Shown here one piece after another: positions 61,209 through 64,000 of a DNA stretch of 64,000 bases. The notes under the pieces were generated by a model, which saw nothing but the letters and a program-made list of their open reading frames with translations, was not told the DNA's origin and made no database searches. The DNA is from Myxococcota bacterium. Lineage in GTDB: Bacteria; Myxococcota_A; UBA9042; PHBI01; JAWLBL01. The stretch is from contig JAWLBL010000006.1 of the NCBI GenBank assembly GCA_041687695.1, positions 64,001 through 128,000 on the forward strand, written 5' to 3'. Made by a program: the position numbers and the translations under genes. Within the stretch, counting starts at the first letter, position 1. Each line of letters starts with the position of its first letter.

Positions 61209-62006
61209 TCAGAAGACCTCGGCCGAGGTCGTGAACAGGTTCGTGCAGCGATCCTGGTTGAGCAGCTGCGCGTTCTGGCGCAGGTGCTGGCGCAGCTGGG
61301 CGATGTGCGCCGCGTCGCGCGCCGTGAAGGTCAGCTGGGCGCCGTTGTCGATGTCCATGACCTGCAGATCGGCCGCGGGCGGGATGTCGAGGTTCGCCGG
61401 CATGATCACCTGGCAGCCCTCGTCGGCCGCCGCCAGGGTCGCGGTGCCCAGGTTGACGCCGCGGCGCCAGGAGACCATGCAGCCGTTGTCGAGGGTCGTG
61501 GTCTGCCCGACCTGCTCACCCGGCAGCGTGGCCCCGACGGGGTAGTACACGGGCTGGTTCGACCAGCTCGGCGCCATCGCCTGGTACTTGAGAAAGATCT
61601 GGCCCTCGTTGCGCAGCCAGTTGCGGATGTGGTCCTGGTAGCGCTCGGGGCCGGTCATCGTCAGGGTGATGCCGTTCGGGGTGTCCATCGTGGTGACGTA
61701 CACGCCCTCGATCTGGGACGGACACGACACGCCCGCGGGCAGGCCGCGCGCAGCCGCCCGCTCGTAGCGCGTGAGCATGTCCGCTTGGACCCGCGTCATC
61801 TCGACGTCGGCCCAGCGGTTGGTCTGCATGGTGCCGGAGGTCTGGGACCAGGTCTGGCCCTGGACCGGCTGCACCTGCTGCTGCTGGTAGGGCTGCTGGT
61901 GCTGCTGGTGCTGGGGCATGGCGGGGTCGACCTGCGCGAACGCGGGGAGCGCCAGCAGGCTCGACATGAGGCCGGCCATGAACAGAGTGGGGAGAGTCAG
62001 TCTCAT
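61209..62006 (-). CDS. Hypothetical secreted Gln-rich protein
   Basis: Signal peptide ending AFA; GGAGG RBS; two similar D..NG..LT.T modules. Confidence 0.7.
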   Translation of the reverse strand: MRLTLPTLFMAGLMSSLLALPAFAQVDPAMPQHQQHQQPYQQQQVQPVQGQTWSQTSGTMQTNRWADVEMTRVQADMLTRYERAAARGLPAGVSCPSQIEGVYVTTMDTPNGITLTMTGPERYQDHIRNWLRNEGQIFLKYQAMAPSWSNQPVYYPVGATLPGEQVGQTTTLDNGCMVSWRRGVNLGTATLAAADEGCQVIMPANLDIPPAADLQVMDIDNGAQLTFTARDAAHIAQLRQHLRQNAQLLNQDRCTNLFTTSAEVF

Positions 62007-62354
62007 TCGTCATCCTCCATCGCATCGGACCCCCCGGGAGCGTGGCGCCTACCGTCGGGGCCAGCGGGGCCGGTCGGTCGGCGGAGCCGTCGCGCGGGGG
62101 TGCGGAGCCTGAGGCTCGGGGATTCGGGTGGCGTGGTGGCCGACAAGCGCTCACCGCCTGCCCACGAGGCCGGGCCAGACGCGCGAGGCGCGCGCCGTGG
62201 CGGATGGCCGAGCAGGGCTGTGAGCCGTTCGAGATGGGAAACGGGGGCGAGGCGAGGCCCGGGTGGCCGGGGCAATCCGGAGATCCAGGGGCGGGCTCTC
62301 GTAAGGCTAAACATCGGGAATGGCAGACATCTTCCTGCCGAAGTGCGCGGACCC

Positions 62355-62585
62355 AGGAGGCTGTAGTGAATAAGCTGATTCGCCGGCTCCGGCCGATCTC
62401 GGGCAGCTCCGGCCCCGAGAGACGCTGCGGCCGTGCGAAGCGCGGCCGCGCTGGCCCACAGGGCCAGAGGAGCCGGCGACCGGAGGGAGCCGGTGAACCG
62501 CCCGGTTCACCTCGGTCTCTCGGAACCGGATCTGCTCCGACCTCGGCTCGGATCCGACAAATCCCATTACTCACTACAGCCTCCT
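62355..62585. mobile_element. MITE-like element with terminal inverted repeats
   Basis: Perfect 15-bp TIR AGGAGGCTGTAGTGA / TCACTACAGCCTCCT extending imperfectly to ~32 bp; several internal hairpins. Confidence 0.6.
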
Positions 62586-64000
62586 ATCCGGGCAGCGTGT
62601 GGAGCGTCAGCATCAGCTGGCGGATGGCGTCGCCGTGCGGCCCGCCGGCGCGCATGCGCTCGCCCAGGGCGTCGACGAGGTCCGGCACGAGCTGGATCTC
62701 GCTCGCCTCCTCGGGGGCGCGCTCGAGGCCGATGGCCGCCAGCGCGGCCAGGGTGGGGGCGCCGAAGGCGGCGTCGAGGCCCAGCACCTCGAGCGTCTCC
62801 GCGCGCGCGCTGCCGCAGGCGCCCAGGGCCAGGTCGAGCAGGCCGCGCATCTCGTCCGAGGTCACGCGGGCGCGCGCCTCGAACAGATCCTCCTCGATGC
62901 CGGGCCGCCGGCGCCCCAGCCACCCGACCACGTTGGCGGCGCGGCCGCAGCGCAGCTCGCGCGAGACGTCGGTGGCCAGCGGCATCAGCATGCGCACGAG
63001 GCCGTCGCGGATCTCCTCGGCCAGCGGGCCGTCCGCGTGGAACGGCCCCTCCTCGCGCTCGGCGCGGGTGGCCTCTGCGATGGGCTGCAGGATGGCCAGG
63101 GTCGCGTCCGCCAGGCCGTCGTCCGACAGCTCCTCGCCCAGGGCCAGCAGGCTCTCGGCGATGCCGGGGCTGCGGCGTAGCGCCGCCCCGAGCGGGCGGC
63201 CCAGCACGTCCGGCGAGACCCCTTGCGCCACGAGCCCGACCGCCAGGATCGGCAGGACCGGGTTGAACGAGCCGAGCTGGAGCGCGGCGCCCACCGCGCC
63301 GGCGCGGCGGCCGGTGTCGCTGGCCGAGAGCTCGGCCTCCAGGGACGGCAGCAGGGCGTCACGGGACCAGGCGAGCAGCTCCGGGTGGGCCGACAGGGCG
63401 CGGGCGGCCGCGACGCGCAGCTCGGGCGGGCCCGGGTCGCGCACGAGGCCCGTCAGCACCGGGTCGAGCAGCTCCGCCCACTCGGGCTCGGCCGAGGCGC
63501 GCTGGGCGACCGCCTCGCATGCGGCGACGGCCGCGGAGACCGCCGCCGGGTCGGCCTCGCCCGCCGTGCGGGCCCGGTCGAGGACCCGGTACACGAGGTC
63601 GCGCGCCTCGGGCGTCAGCTCGGTGAGCGCGGTCAGGGCCCGCATCCCCGTGGGGTCGCCCTGCTTGGTGGCCGTCCTCGCCGCCAGCACCAGATCGCGG
63701 TCGGTCGCCTCGCCCGGCGCGAAGACGCGGCTCACGGCCGAGGCGATGCGCCCGGCGTGCCCGGGAGCGCGCTCGAGCAGGTCCTGCACGCCGCCCTCGC
63801 GCTGCTCGCAGGCGGCGACCAGCGGGACCAGCGTCCCGTCGAGGCAGGCCCACAGCTCGGGCTTGGTCGCCACGTCGACGCCGCGCAGGCCCTCGACCAG
63901 CGCGTCCAGCCGGTGCGACAGCCCCTCCTGCAGCTCGTCGCGGTAGGGGCCCTTGCGCAGCTCGGTCGCCAGCGCGGCCGCGCCGACCCAGGCGTGCATG
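62584..64000 (-). CDS. Alpha-helical (HEAT-like) hypothetical protein, 5' end outside window
   Basis: Open frame to the window edge; Leu/Ala-rich, LRVAAARAL-type segments. Confidence 0.65.
   Translation of the reverse strand, partial: MHAWVGAAALATELRKGPYRDELQEGLSHRLDALVEGLRGVDVATKPELWACLDGTLVPLVAACEQREGGVQDLLERAPGHAGRIASAVSRVFAPGEATDRDLVLAARTATKQGDPTGMRALTALTELTPEARDLVYRVLDRARTAGEADPAAVSAAVAACEAVAQRASAEPEWAELLDPVLTGLVRDPGPPELRVAAARALSAHPELLAWSRDALLPSLEAELSASDTGRRAGAVGAALQLGSFNPVLPILAVGLVAQGVSPDVLGRPLGAALRRSPGIAESLLALGEELSDDGLADATLAILQPIAEATRAEREEGPFHADGPLAEEIRDGLVRMLMPLATDVSRELRCGRAANVVGWLGRRRPGIEEDLFEARARVTSDEMRGLLDLALGACGSARAETLEVLGLDAAFGAPTLAALAAIGLERAPEEASEIQLVPDLVDALGERMRAGGPHGDAIRQLMLTLHTLPG

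Overview
Very GC-rich bacterial DNA. The gene content (many Cys-rich lipoproteins, a Ser/Thr kinase-WD40 protein, CAP and CotH proteins) points to a Myxococcota/deltaproteobacterial genome, which is an inference. The window opens in a large Eco57I-like type IIG restriction-modification gene truncated at the edge. Next come a pgsB-pgsC-pgsW poly-gamma-glutamate operon with an uncharacterised ATP-grasp ligase and AstE/AspA-type peptidase pair, housekeeping and envelope genes (DAACS symporter, PLD-VTT, EEP, thiD, GT2, baeRF3-like, cydAB, CNNM/CorC, RluA-type), signalling genes, and a ~2290-aa multi-domain effector-like protein coupled to an eCIS-type AAA+ ATPase. The most striking structure is two copies (about 10783-13990 and 28281-30638) of a composite element. 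Each has an HNH-endonuclease gene bracketed by outward-facing tandem arrays of a 20-nt core (TTCCGCCCCGGGACGACGAC, 10-33 units, short variable linkers). The arrays are bounded by ~280-bp terminal inverted modules that fold into nested hairpins with a compensatory base change between copies, and these are capped by G-rich or microsatellite tracts. The HNH cassette points the opposite way relative to the left- and right-type ends in the two copies. There is no transposase, cas gene or obvious target-site duplication, and I do not recognise the element as a described class. Other repeat oddities are a 42-bp palindromic tandem repeat embedded in frame in a CAP lipoprotein and a ~230-bp MITE-like hairpin element. 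All calls are by eye from motifs; no database searches were run.
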